Source of the DNA: Chloroflexota bacterium
Lineage (GTDB): Bacteria; Chloroflexota; UBA11872; VXOZ01
Assembly (NCBI GenBank): GCA_963663275.1
Contig: OY760183.1
Span: 3,456,001 to 3,520,000, forward strand
Length of the DNA stretch: 64,000 nt
Direction: 5' to 3'
This document shows, piece by piece, positions 32,147 to 42,199 of the stretch. Both the position numbers and the translations under genes were made by a program. Positions within the stretch are counted from its first letter, which is position 1. Each line of letters begins with the position of its first letter. A model generated the notes under the pieces. It was not told the origin of the DNA. It was given only the letters and a program-made list of their open reading frames with translations, and made no database searches.

Positions 32147-32971
32147 ATGGACCGCACAGCCCGCATCGCGCAGCGCATCACCGGAGCGCGGATATTCGAG
32201 TACGCCATCATCGCGCTCATCCTCGCGAGCGGCGCGCTGCTCGGACTCGCCACCTCGCCCGACATCGTCGACCAGTACGGCGACGCGATCGCGATGGGCA
32301 ACCGGGTCATCCTCGGCGTGTTCATCGTGGAGGCCGCGCTGAAGATGCTGGCGCTCGCCCCGACTCCCCAGCGCTACTTCCGCGACGGCTGGAACGTCTT
32401 CGACTTCGCCATCATCGTCTTCGCGCTCGTGCCCGCGACCGGCTCGTTCGCGATGGTCGCGCGGCTCGGACGGCTGCTGCGCGTGCTGCGCCTCATCTCC
32501 GCGATCAAGGAGCTGCGGCTCATCGTCGGGGCGCTCGTGCGCTCCATCCCCAGCGTCGCCAACATCATGATGCTCATGAGCATCGTCGTGTACATCTACG
32601 CCATCGTCGGCTACCACCTCTTCCACGAGGCCGACCCTACCCACTGGCGCACGCTCGGCATATCGCTGCTGTCGCTCTTCCGCGTCATCACGCTGGAGGA
32701 CTGGACGGACATCATGTACGCCGCGATGGAGCACAACGGCCTCGCGTGGCTCTACTTCCTCAGCTTCGTGGTCGGCGGCACGTTCGTCGTGGCGAACCTC
32801 TTCATCGCGGTCGTCATCAACAATCTGGACAAGGCGAAGGTCGACCAGCTCAAGACGCTGGAGGAGCCGGTCTCGCGGGAGGAACTGCTGCGCGAACTCC
32901 GCACGACGCAGGAGACGCTCCGCCGCCTGGAGGACCGGCTCGGCGCATACGGAGAGGAGGAGGGGCGGTAG
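32147..32971 (+). CDS. Bacterial voltage-gated cation channel (BacNav-like, 6TM)
   Basis: WNVFDF, S4 RLGRLLRVLRLI, filter TLEDWTD, NLFIAVVINN, C-terminal coiled coil. Confidence 0.93.
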   Translation: MDRTARIAQRITGARIFEYAIIALILASGALLGLATSPDIVDQYGDAIAMGNRVILGVFIVEAALKMLALAPTPQRYFRDGWNVFDFAIIVFALVPATGSFAMVARLGRLLRVLRLISAIKELRLIVGALVRSIPSVANIMMLMSIVVYIYAIVGYHLFHEADPTHWRTLGISLLSLFRVITLEDWTDIMYAAMEHNGLAWLYFLSFVVGGTFVVANLFIAVVINNLDKAKVDQLKTLEEPVSREELLRELRTTQETLRRLEDRLGAYGEEEGR

Positions 32972-32979
32972 CCCTCTCT

Positions 32980-33007
32980 CGTCATTCCCGCGCAGGCGGG
33001 AATCCAG
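32980..33007 (+). repeat. REP-B palindrome
   Basis: CGTCATTCCCGCGCAGGCGGGAATCCAG. Confidence 0.9.
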
Positions 33008-33015
33008 TGGCCCTG

Positions 33016-33350
33016 GACAAGGTGTGCAACCGGCCTCGGAAGCTGCACATCTTGTTACCGTCGCTACGAGTAAACCAAGGGTTCCGTTTGAGCATCTTGA
33101 GCACCTTGTGTTGCTCTGCGCAAGGCCGCGGCCTGCTTCCCGTGAAAGTTGAACAAGGTGTGCGATGATTTCAAAAGTTTGCGGCCTGACCCATAGACCA
33201 GATCTATGGCTGGGCGCCGAGCTATAGACGCTCTCTATGGCTGCTGTCCGCACGACGGTCATGGAACCAGCGTACGCGGTCAGAGGGTGACCACGAAAGG
33301 GGCGCGTGTCACTGGGGTGATAGCCCGCGCAGGCGGGGGAAGCGCGCAGC
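33016..33350 (-). repeat. Island-edge element, full copy with CAAGRTG repeat cluster and degenerate REP-B
   Basis: Core 33191-33312 matches 35102-35224 directly and 24676-24797 inverted. Confidence 0.85.
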
Positions 33351-33500
33351 CCTCTTGTCATTCCTGCCTACCCACTAGCTAGGCACGAGCTTCGTGTCGG
33401 GGTCAAGGCAATCCACAACCACACGCTACCCGCGCCTCGGAGCGCACTTGCCCCGCCTGCGCTTGATGCCTTGTTTACGGCTACGATGAGCGCCACTCCA

Positions 33501-33529
33501 TTGACGGGGTTCTACGCGGGTTGGACAAT
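33501..33529 (+). promoter_or_regulatory. Sigma70-type promoter
   Basis: TTGACG-N17-GACAAT upstream of ORF 33592, which has an AGGAGGT RBS. Confidence 0.5.
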
Positions 33530-33591
33530 GAAGCGGCTGGAGGTATCAGTTCCTGCCCTTGGCGCAGCCCACCCCTATCAGGAGGTAAAGC

Positions 33592-33867
33592 ATGGGCAAC
33601 GATAACCACCACCGGACGCGAGGTTTCTCACAGGAGGAGGTCACGCTCGCCCTGCGCATCCTGCGCTGGGTCGTCGATGCGCTTGGCCCTTCGCCTGCGA
33701 TAGAGGCAGTCACTCGCGCCCAGCGCATCTTGCGTTGGATAGCCGACGCGCTCGACCCATTTACAACGCGGGCAGCCGTGCCGCCTGCGGCTGCTCAGGT
33801 GGAGGCACTCGCCGAGAAGCCGTCCCTGACTCCAGACGAGGTGCGCCTGTTCGAGGTGCTGAACTGA
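33592..33867 (+). CDS. Hypothetical protein with internal repeat
   Basis: Strong RBS; RILRWVVDALGP / RILRWIADALDP repeat. Confidence 0.65.
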   Translation: MGNDNHHRTRGFSQEEVTLALRILRWVVDALGPSPAIEAVTRAQRILRWIADALDPFTTRAAVPPAAAQVEALAEKPSLTPDEVRLFEVLN

Positions 33868-34061
33868 TGTCGCCCGAAGGGCTGTTCGTGCTGCTCAGGG
33901 CTGCTGGCGTGCTGCTCATCATCGGCGGCCCAGCGCTGCTCGCCATCGGTGCCTGGGGTGGCGGCAGGTTGACGAGCAAGGACTTCGTGGGTGCCGCGTG
34001 GCTGGTCGGGTTCGGGTTCGTGCTGATATGGGTGGTCGGAGTGGTGCAAGGCACAGCATGA
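33867..34061 (+). CDS. Small two-TM membrane protein
   Basis: TGATG coupling with upstream ORF; two hydrophobic stretches. Confidence 0.6.
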   Translation: MSPEGLFVLLRAAGVLLIIGGPALLAIGAWGGGRLTSKDFVGAAWLVGFGFVLIWVVGVVQGTA

Positions 34062-34356
34062 CCCTCCGAAAGCAGGGTCACTTCCACGCGACGTAGGGCT
34101 GGCTTAGCGGGCACGGGGAGGAGCGGTAGGGCGGGTTGTCTCCTCCGTCATTCAAGTGGAATCTGGCATCCCAGCGTGTGGGTGCGCTCCAGCGTGTAGC
34201 ACTAAGACAATCTTGGCCTGCGCAATCTCATAGGCCGCTCCAGAGCCCCTCTGATCTGGGAGTACTGCATTACTGGCCTGAGTATCAGACCAGCGCGTGC
34301 TTTGCCTTCGATGCATGCGCTACGAACCGAGTCATGATTTCCCTCCTCCGCATTCG

Positions 34357-34563
34357 CTACAGTTGCTCCATTGCAGCGTTCACAACCGCTTCTGGCATTC
34401 CATAGTGGTCAACCAGTGTTCGCCGTAAGTCATCCACTGGCAACTCCTGCTGGGGAGACATCAGCACGATCGGCGGTGCGGCGGAGTTGAGGCGATTCCG
34501 ATACACCACGAATATGGTGGCCACCTCGTAGCCGAGTTGGTCCATCAGTGCGTCAGGATCCAT
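34357..34563 (-). CDS. Small protein, possibly divergent HicA-like
   Basis: 68 aa, LMDQLGYEV start, helix-strand-helix pattern; follows HicB-like gene; no obvious catalytic His. Confidence 0.4.
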   Translation of the reverse strand: MDPDALMDQLGYEVATIFVVYRNRLNSAAPPIVLMSPQQELPVDDLRRTLVDHYGMPEAVVNAAMEQL

Positions 34564-34572
34564 GGTACTCGT

Positions 34573-34896
34573 TTACTCTACGCCGGCGAGTGCCAGAGGT
34601 ACCTCAAAGGTCTGGCTTCCTCCGGTGGGTAGAGGAGCCAGTGGCGACTCATTCGTGAAAGATATGGAGACTTGGCTCCCGCTCAGGTACGCAACCAACT
34701 GCTCCCTGGAACTGAACCCATCGGCCCAGAGAGCCACTGCGACCTGCGCACGCGCGAACAGGGATGCCAAGTCCCTCGCGTAGACGTACGTACCAATCTG
34801 GTCGATCCAACCGGCCAGATATTCCTCGCCCTGCTCGGGAAGGCGGCGCTCCACGGTGATACTGAGATTTGCTCTCATGGTCTCTGACCTCATCAC
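34573..34896 (-). CDS. HicB-like protein
   Basis: YLAGWIDQIGTYVYARDLASLFARAQVAVALW resembles the HicB N-terminal fold; GAGGAG RBS. Confidence 0.5.
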   Translation of the reverse strand: MMRSETMRANLSITVERRLPEQGEEYLAGWIDQIGTYVYARDLASLFARAQVAVALWADGFSSREQLVAYLSGSQVSISFTNESPLAPLPTGGSQTFEVPLALAGVE

Positions 34897-35101
34897 TCGT
34901 CTCCTCTTTCTCCTATCTCCTCTGAAGCTAGAGTACCATAGCGGCGCGTCACGGGCGCGTCAACTGCCCGCCGCAGCGGGCTTCCATGCCTAGTCATGGC
35001 AGTGCTCATCCGACGCGGTAGAACTGAATCATCCACGCCGCTGGCTCAGCGCGCAGCCGCGCCCAGCCGAGAGCACCACCTCGTCCAAGCTCAACGCGGC
35101 C

Positions 35102-35260
35102 CCATAGGCTCTGCCTATGGCTGGCCCCCGAGCTATAGACGCTGTCTTATGGCTGCTGTCCGCACGACGGTCATGCGACCAGCGTACGCAATCGCGCGAC
35201 GACTGCGTAAGAGGCGCGTGTCACTGATCCGACGGCCCGCGCAGGTGGGAACCTCGCAGC
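35102..35260 (-). repeat. Island-edge element core copy with degenerate REP-B
   Basis: Direct repeat of 33191-33350. Confidence 0.85.
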
Positions 35261-35286
35261 AAGGAAGGGACGCAGGGCTATGGCTT

Positions 35287-35333
35287 TGATGCAAAACCCC
35301 TCCCTGATGCAAAAGGCGGGAGGCTGATGCAAA
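35287..35333. repeat. Three TGATGCAAA direct repeats
   Basis: Starts at 35287, 35305, 35325. Confidence 0.7.
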
Positions 35334-35349
35334 GCCCCTAACCAGTTGG

Positions 35350-36627
35350 TCAGCAGTAGAACCCTTGGGCACGGTCACCCATTGCGGTCATCTCATTGGC
35401 CAATGCTAGGAGCGTACTCGGTAGTTGATCGTCCCTGAACTCATAAATCCGCGCCGCCATCCGAGACAGGAACCCATAGTGGTCTTGGCATGTGGCCGGG
35501 ACTCCCTGCACCTCAGTGATGCTATCAGCAACAGCGAGCAGTTGAGTCGTCACTTTGCGACGCTGGGGCGAGTTGGGGTCTTGGAGAATGAAGGTTGAAT
35601 CGATTTCTTCACCCATAATCCTCGCGAGTTCGAGTGCTATGGGCGTGACCGCATCCAGGTACTCCACAAGGGTGAGTTCTATGGGTGTTGGAGTCGGACG
35701 TGGTGTCGGTGTTGGGGAGGGAGTCGGCGTGGGCGTGGGCGGTAGTCCCATCAAATTTCCCAGCTCTAGGTCGTTCACAATGGTGTGAAGCCAGATTGCG
35801 ATGGTGGTGTCTGGTGGCCACCAGAACCCGAGCTCTTCCATGAACGCCCGGCTTTCCAATGAGGGCGTATCCACTGAGGCCTCGTAGCCTAGGTGGATAC
35901 CCGTGAGAATCCCTATGATCTTGTACTCTCCTGCTGTGACCAATGCGCCGCCAGAGTAACCCCTCTCCACCTCCACATCGGACCCTATCTCGTTCAGCCC
36001 TCGAATGCCGATGATTTCTCCAGATGAAGCGACAACTTGGCCGTTGTCTTCATAAGCGACTGCGTACACTCTGTCCCCTCGCTGCGGGATGCCTTCCTGT
36101 ACCAACTCTGCTGCAAGGAACACCGGGGAACAGCAAACAGACAACAAGGCGATGTCCAGCTCAGCGTCATACACCTCGATCTCCGCTGGGAAGCTCTTGG
36201 CACCGTACTTACCTGCAATGCTCACCTCGATACCTTGTGGGGTCTCGTCGACGACATGGTAAGCAGTGAGGATGTAAGCGGCTCCCCTGGGGTCAGTGCT
36301 GATGACGACTCCGGAGCCGCGAAAGCCGATGTCCAAGCCGAGACGCGTGACGATGTTCACCAAGCTCCGGTCGTAGCGATCCAGTCCGGCCCCGATTGGG
36401 TACGGTGTCGGAGTCGCCGTCGGTCGTGGGGTCGGCGTCGGGGTGAACGTGGGTAGGGGCGTTGGAGAAGGCAGAGGCGTGAGATTGGGGGTGCGGGTTG
36501 GGGTCGGGACAGGAGCGTTCGTGGGAGTCGGTGGGACGGGAGTATTGGTTGGCCCAGATGGAGAAGGCTCGACAGCCGTGCAGGCTACGAGCAGCAGCAC
36601 TCCCGTGAGGAACAATGAACGTAGCAC
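35350..36627 (-). CDS. Trypsin-like serine protease lipoprotein with PT-rich linkers
   Basis: Lipobox LLVAC; TAYHVV, DIALL, GYSGG triad; AGGAGG before GTG 36627. Confidence 0.88.
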   Translation of the reverse strand: MLRSLFLTGVLLLVACTAVEPSPSGPTNTPVPPTPTNAPVPTPTRTPNLTPLPSPTPLPTFTPTPTPRPTATPTPYPIGAGLDRYDRSLVNIVTRLGLDIGFRGSGVVISTDPRGAAYILTAYHVVDETPQGIEVSIAGKYGAKSFPAEIEVYDAELDIALLSVCCSPVFLAAELVQEGIPQRGDRVYAVAYEDNGQVVASSGEIIGIRGLNEIGSDVEVERGYSGGALVTAGEYKIIGILTGIHLGYEASVDTPSLESRAFMEELGFWWPPDTTIAIWLHTIVNDLELGNLMGLPPTPTPTPSPTPTPRPTPTPIELTLVEYLDAVTPIALELARIMGEEIDSTFILQDPNSPQRRKVTTQLLAVADSITEVQGVPATCQDHYGFLSRMAARIYEFRDDQLPSTLLALANEMTAMGDRAQGFYC

Positions 36628-36912
36628 GAGGAACCCTCCTGTGGCATAGGCGAAGGTGCTTGCAACAGCGCTTCTGACCCACGTGAACCCGACAGGAGGG
36701 CGCATGGCCCTCCGTCTATGCTCAGATGGGTTCACGCCCACACTTAGGTGGGCGGGTACATCAAAGCGCTGTTGCACATAGCACCATAGCCGAGAGTGGC
36801 GATGGGCTGCAAGCAGCGAGAGTTGGGCCCGCGCTGCGCAGGAGGCGCTCCGCCGCTTGGAGGATCGGCTCAGGGGGTATGGTAGGGGCGGTAAGGAGCT
36901 ACTGAGACTGGA

Positions 36913-38133
36913 CTACTCTGAATCTGACAGTGCATCGGCGGCTTCAAACCCGCTATGCGTAACTCTAAACCACTCTCCTTTACCGCTGATATCCTGGACA
37001 AACCCTAGGGTCACAAGATTCTGTAGCGCCTGTTCCCATTGGGCCTCAGACCTAGTATTGCCCATCTCAGGGAATTGCTTACGATTAGTTTCAAGTATCA
37101 ATCCGCCGAATACACGGACTTTGTGTATATTGCCGTTAGGGTCTTTAACTGCTTCTGATAGAAGCAGTTTACAATCGTCAGAAAAGTCCTGCTGCCGCTC
37201 AGTGGTAGTATCTGGTTTTGACGATTCTTTTGGCAGGGCTGCAATCACAGCATCGAAGTCACCAGCTTTGTACCAACGCCTTCCATCCAGCTTAACTGGA
37301 CATCCGGCCGCCTCCAGGCGCTGCGCGAAGTCTTGACGCTGTTCTGGAGAGCTATCCAATCGGATTGTATGTATTCCTGAAATATTGCTGAATGGCCGTA
37401 GGTTGCCGAGTTGCACTATAACTGTGCGACTCGGATGGCTAGCCATCGCTGCGCCTGCTTCAAATAGCACATTCTGTCTTGCCTGTCCGGTTAGGACAGA
37501 CTCAAAGGAACCATCATCTGGTTTGCGGAGTTGCTCTATAAGCCGCGCTTCGTCATCTGGAGTCAACAGCACTACCACAGCATGCGCTTGTGAGAAAGCG
37601 GCATTCAATATCTCACCGATATACGGTGCCGGGTTACCTGTTGCTTTTACAGCCTCAGACCACTCTATCGGATGAAGATCAATCGATTGAAGGAATTCAA
37701 AGACGGCGTCGCGCGCAGCATCATTTCTACCATGAGAGACGAAGACGGCTCGTGCATCTGCTGAGGGTCTGGATTGCTGGTCATCGACAACTGAACTCGA
37801 TTCACTGCCAGGTGGTTTAGTTATCAACATGTTGGTGACGTCTCGCCCTTTATTTGCGATGTCCGAATCAATGGTAGTATCGGCAAAAACGTTGCCAGAT
37901 CGTCGCTCCTGCTCTACTTCAAGACGGAGATGACTGGAATCTATCTCAGTTTCAGTAATTCGCAGTTGTTCAATGTCATCGACTGATATTGACTGGCCGT
38001 TGATTGTGATTGGTTGTCCCGCATGATAAGGGGCAATGATACGTTCTTCTAGTTCTTCCCAGTGCAAATCAAGCCAGACTACATCCCAAGAGCGGTCTGA
38101 TTTCTTTGTGATGCTTACGTGATAACAAGTCAT
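36913..38133 (-). CDS. TIR-domain nucleotide-binding protein (Cap12/PycTIR-type TIR) with extra N- and C-terminal domains
   Basis: VFVSHGRN, AVVVLLTPDD, QARQNVLFEAG; low GC. Confidence 0.88.
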   Translation of the reverse strand: MTCYHVSITKKSDRSWDVVWLDLHWEELEERIIAPYHAGQPITINGQSISVDDIEQLRITETEIDSSHLRLEVEQERRSGNVFADTTIDSDIANKGRDVTNMLITKPPGSESSSVVDDQQSRPSADARAVFVSHGRNDAARDAVFEFLQSIDLHPIEWSEAVKATGNPAPYIGEILNAAFSQAHAVVVLLTPDDEARLIEQLRKPDDGSFESVLTGQARQNVLFEAGAAMASHPSRTVIVQLGNLRPFSNISGIHTIRLDSSPEQRQDFAQRLEAAGCPVKLDGRRWYKAGDFDAVIAALPKESSKPDTTTERQQDFSDDCKLLLSEAVKDPNGNIHKVRVFGGLILETNRKQFPEMGNTRSEAQWEQALQNLVTLGFVQDISGKGEWFRVTHSGFEAADALSDSE

Positions 38134-38220
38134 GTGGTACCCTCAGGAACGTGTTGATTTCGTCTGGGCTGTCAGCCTCGCTATGCGGCCTGAGCTGATT
38201 CTACTCCACCTGTCAGCTTC

Positions 38221-38391
38221 GTGACACGCGCCCCTTTCGCGGTCGCCCTGCGCACGTGTGGCCTGGCGGTCACGCTGGATTCCCGTCGGTGCGGGAATGA
38301 CGAGACTCCTGCATCTCAGGGGCTGCGAGGTTCCTGTCTCCGCAGGAACGACGGGGGGCACAGGAACGACGGGGGTACGCGGGAACGATGG
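38221..38391. repeat. Mosaic repeat cluster: element half (38221-38246), REP-B (38275-38302), REP-A (38326-38353) with stuttered halves
   Basis: Contains the same units as 14838-15073, inverted. Confidence 0.85.
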
Positions 38392-38394
38392 GGC

Positions 38395-40711
38395 CTACCC
38401 GCGCGAGGAGCGGCTGCCGCGGCGCGCCGAGGCTTTGCCCTTGCGCCCCCGAGGAGCCACTCCGCGAGGAAGCGCCGTTCCGCGCAGCGGCCCCGTTGCG
38501 AGCGGCTGCGCCGTTCTTGGAGGCGGCCCCGTTGCGCGGGGCGGGGCGGGACGGCGACTTGTGCGCCGTGCGGCTCACGCTGCGCACGCCGCGCACGCCC
38601 TCGATCCGCGTGAACAGCCGCGAGAGCTGCTCGATGCTCGTCACCTGCGTGGTCAGGTGGATGACCACCATCCCGCCCTCGACCGGCTCCGTCGTGGAGC
38701 CGGCGATGTTCACGTGCTCGGCGGACGTCGCGCCCGTGATGTCGTGCAGCAGCCCCACGCGGTCGAAGCACTCGATGACGATGCGGGCGGGGAAGACGTT
38801 GCGGCTCTGCCCCCACGTCACCGGCACGATGCGGTCCGTCTCCGACACGCTGCGGACGTTGGGGCAGTCCACCTTGTGGACGGTGACGCCCCGCGTGCGG
38901 GTGATGAAGCCCTCGATCTCGTCGCCCGGCAGCGGGTTGCAGCACTCGCCCATGCGGGTGAGGAGGTCGCCGACGCCGAGGACGCTGACGCTGCCGAGCA
39001 CGGGGGCCTCGGGCGTGTCCGGCGCTTCCCGCGGCAGCGCGCGCTCCGCCGCCGCCTGCGCCGCGGAGAGCCGCCCTGCGATCTGCGCTATCGTCACGAG
39101 CCCGGAGCCGATCGCCGCGTACAGGTCGTCCGTGTGCTCGTAGTGGAACCAGCGGGCGACCTCGACCTCGTCCACCTGCGCGGAGAGGCGCTTCAGCTCC
39201 TTCTTCAGGATGGCGCGCCCCCGCTCGATGTTCGTGCCGCGCTCCTGGTGCCGGAACCACGAGCGTATCGCCTGCCGCGCGCTCGCCGTCTTCACGTAGT
39301 CCAGGTGCGGGTTCAGCCAGTCCAGGCTCGGCCCGCGCGCCACCTTGCTGGTCAGCACCTCGACGGTGTCGCCGTTCTTCAGCGGCGTGTTGAGGGCGAC
39401 GAGCCGCCCGTTCACCTTCGCGCCGATGCACTTGTGGCCGATCTCCGTGTGGATGCGGTAGGCGAAGTCGATGGGCGTCGCGCCCGCGGGCAGTTCGCGT
39501 ATCTCGTTCTTCGGGGTGTAGACGAACACCTGGTCGCGGAAGAGGTCGCCGGTGACGTTCTCCAGGAACTCGTCGGTCACGCTCACGTCGCGCTGCCACT
39601 CCAGCAGCTGGCGGAGCCACGTCATCCGCTCCTCGAACTGGCTGCTGCGCGCGCCGCCTTCCTTGTAGCTCCAGTGGGACGCGACGCCGTACTCGGAGAT
39701 GCGGTGCATCTCGTGCGTGCGCACCTGCACCTCCACCGGCAGCCCGTCGATGGAGCGCACCGTCGTGTGCAGCGACTGGTACATGTTCTCCTTGGGGCTG
39801 GCGATGTAGTCGTCGAACTGGCCGGGAACGGGGCGCCAGAGCGAGTGCACGAGGCCGAGCACGCCGTAGCAGTCCTGCACCGTGGGGACGAGGACGCGCA
39901 CCGCGAAGAGGTCGTAGATGTCGCTCATCTGCTTCCCCTGCGCGGCGTACGACTGCGTCTTCCGGAAGATGCTGTAGATGTGCTTGGGGCGTCCGGTCAC
40001 CTCGGCGTCGAAGCCGGCGTTGGCGAGCTCGTCCCGCAGCAGGTCGGTCACCTGCTTGATGTACGCCTCCCGCTCCGTGCGCTTGGTGGAGAGCAGGGTG
40101 GAGATGCTCCGGTACTGGTTCGGCTGGATGTAGCGGAAGGCGAGGTCCTCCAGCTGCCACTTGATCTCGCCCATGCCGAGGCGGTGCGCGAGCGGTGCGT
40201 AGATGTCCAGCGTCTCCTGCGCGATGGCGACGCGCCGGTCCGGCGGCAGCGCGCGGAGCGTCTGCATGTTGTGCAGCCGGTCCGCCAGCTTGATGAGCAC
40301 GACGCGGATGTCGTTCGCCATTGCGACGAGCATCTTGCGCAGGCTCTCCGCCTCGCTGTCGCTCTTGGCGATGAGCGGCATGGCGCCGCCGGTGATGGTG
40401 TCCATGCGCGTGAGCTTGGTGACGCCGTCGGCCAGTTTCGCCACGTCCTCGCCGAACTCCCTGCGGAGGTCGTCCAGGCACACGTCGCAGTCTTCGAGAA
40501 CGTCGTGGAGGAGCGCCGCGGCGACCGTCGGCGCGTCGAGGTTGAGGTCGGCGAGGTACTCGGCGACGGAGATGGGGTGCTCGATGTAGTCCTCGCCGGA
40601 CCTGCGCTTCTGCCCCTCGTGCGCGGCGGCGGCGAAATCGAGCGCCCGTTCGATCATCTCGGCTCGGTCGCCGGGCAGGTAGCCGCGCACTTTGTCGAGA
40701 AGGCTATGCAC
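38395..40711 (-). CDS. rel: Bifunctional (p)ppGpp synthetase/hydrolase; probable +1 error near 38448 (as sequenced, reads through to 38270)
   Basis: HD motif LLHDVLED, KLADRLHN, RPKHIYSI, YQSLHTT, TGS and ACT domains. Confidence 0.95.
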
Positions 40712-40717
40712 GCCCGC

Positions 40718-40747
40718 ATTATACGGCCAACGGCAACTTACTATAAT
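40718..40747. promoter_or_regulatory. Back-to-back TATAAT -10 boxes for leaderless rel and hisS
   Basis: ATTATA 40718-40723 and TATAAT 40742-40747, each 6 nt from its start codon. Confidence 0.75.
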
Positions 40748-40753
40748 GGGCCG

Positions 40754-42035
40754 ATGCACCAGGCCCCCAGAGGAACAGCCGACATCCTGCCCGAGCAGCG
40801 GCGGTACTGGTCGTTCGTGTACGGCACGGTCGCCGGGGCCGCAGGGGCGTTCGGCTACGAGCGCATCGACACGCCCGTCTTCGAGGACACGGCGCTCTTC
40901 GCCCGCACGGTCGGCGAGGAGACGGACATCGTCCAGAAGGAGATGTACAGCTTCCAGGACCGGGGCGGACAGGAGATCACGCTCCGGCCCGAGGGAACGG
41001 CCGCCGTCTGCCGCGCGTACCTGGAGCACGGCCTGCACAACCGGCCGCTGCCGGTGCGCCTCTACTACCTCTGCCCGATGTTCCGCTACGACCGCCCGCA
41101 GGCCGGACGCTACCGCCAGTTCCACCAGTTCGGCATCGAGGCGATCGGCGACCCGGACGCGACCGTCGATCTGGAGGTGCTGCAGCTCGCGATGGAGAGC
41201 ATGGAGCGGCTCGGCCTCGGCGGCATGACGCTCGTGCTCAACAACATCGGCGACGCCGCCGACAGGCCGCGCTACGTCGAGGCGCTCCGCGAGCACTTCA
41301 GCCCGCATGCCGCCCACATGGGGAAGGACGACCGCCGCCGCCTCGACACCAACCCGCTGCGCCTGCTCGACTCCAAGGAGCTCGCGGGCGAGTCGTTCAT
41401 GGCGTCCGCCCCGCGCAGCGTCGACTACCTCGGCGGCGAGGCGCGCGAACACTGGCAGGAGCTGCTCGGCTACCTCGACGCGCTCGGCATCCCGTACCGG
41501 CTCGACCACACACTCGTGCGCGGGCTGGACTACTACACCCGCACCGTCTTCGAGGTGCACCCGTCGCGCGAGGGAGCGCAGAGCGCGGTATGCGCCGGCG
41601 GGCGCTACGACGGCCTCATCGAGCAGTTGGGCGGACGCCCCACGCCGGGCATCGGCTTCGCGGCGGGGATCGAGCGCCTCATCCTGAACCTGAGAGAGCA
41701 GGGGACGGAGCCGCCCGGCACGGACCCGGCGCCGCTGGTGATGGCCTATCGCGGGGAGCGCGCCAAGGCGGAGGCGGTCCGCCTCGCCGCGACGCTCCGC
41801 TCCGCCTCGGGACGCGGCGGTCGTCGTCGCGCCTCCGCGCAGCCTCAAGGCGCAACTGCGGTACGCGTCGGCGCTCGGCGCGCGCGGGGTCTTCATCCTG
41901 GGCGACGCGGAGCTCGAGAACGGCACGGTGACGTACCGCGACATGGCGACGAGCGAGCAGCGCGAAGTGGCGATGGCGCGGGCGGCGGAGGCGGCAGCAC
42001 GCCTGATCCCCTCTCCCTCAAGGGGAGAGGGTTAG
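40754..42035 (+). CDS. hisS: Histidine--tRNA ligase; frameshift near 41810 (likely error)
   Basis: PRGTADILP, LRPEGTA, FRYDRPQAGRYRQF, LVRGLDYY, GGRYDGL; shifted frame gives SLKAQLRYA...ILGDAEL. Confidence 0.95.
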
Positions 42036-42179
42036 GGAGAGGGTACTGGGGGGGAGGCGCGGAGCACGGCGTATGCCCCACCGCCCCCCGCCGGTCCACC
42101 CTCATCCCAACCTTCTCCCCTCAAGGGAGAAGGAGCCGGAATCCCCCTCTCCACCCTTCGACAGGCTCAGGGTGAACGG
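42007..42179. repeat. REP-D palindromes (CCCTCTCCC-N-GGGAGAGGG) x2 and REP-C (CTTCGACAGGCTCAG)
   Basis: Similar to 49835-49911 and 14879-14904. Confidence 0.8.
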
Positions 42180-42199
42180 GACCCAGACGCGGCACGCTC

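Noticed and set aside
38462-38540. 18-nt tandem repeat at the rel 3' end
   Set aside because: Low-complexity NGAAxR protein tail; no evidence of a separate element
38258-42175. 1305-aa and 1224-aa ORFs suggesting Rel-HisS fusions
   Set aside because: Divergent genes whose antisense frames happen to stay open; separate starts at 40711 and 40754 have their own -10 boxes
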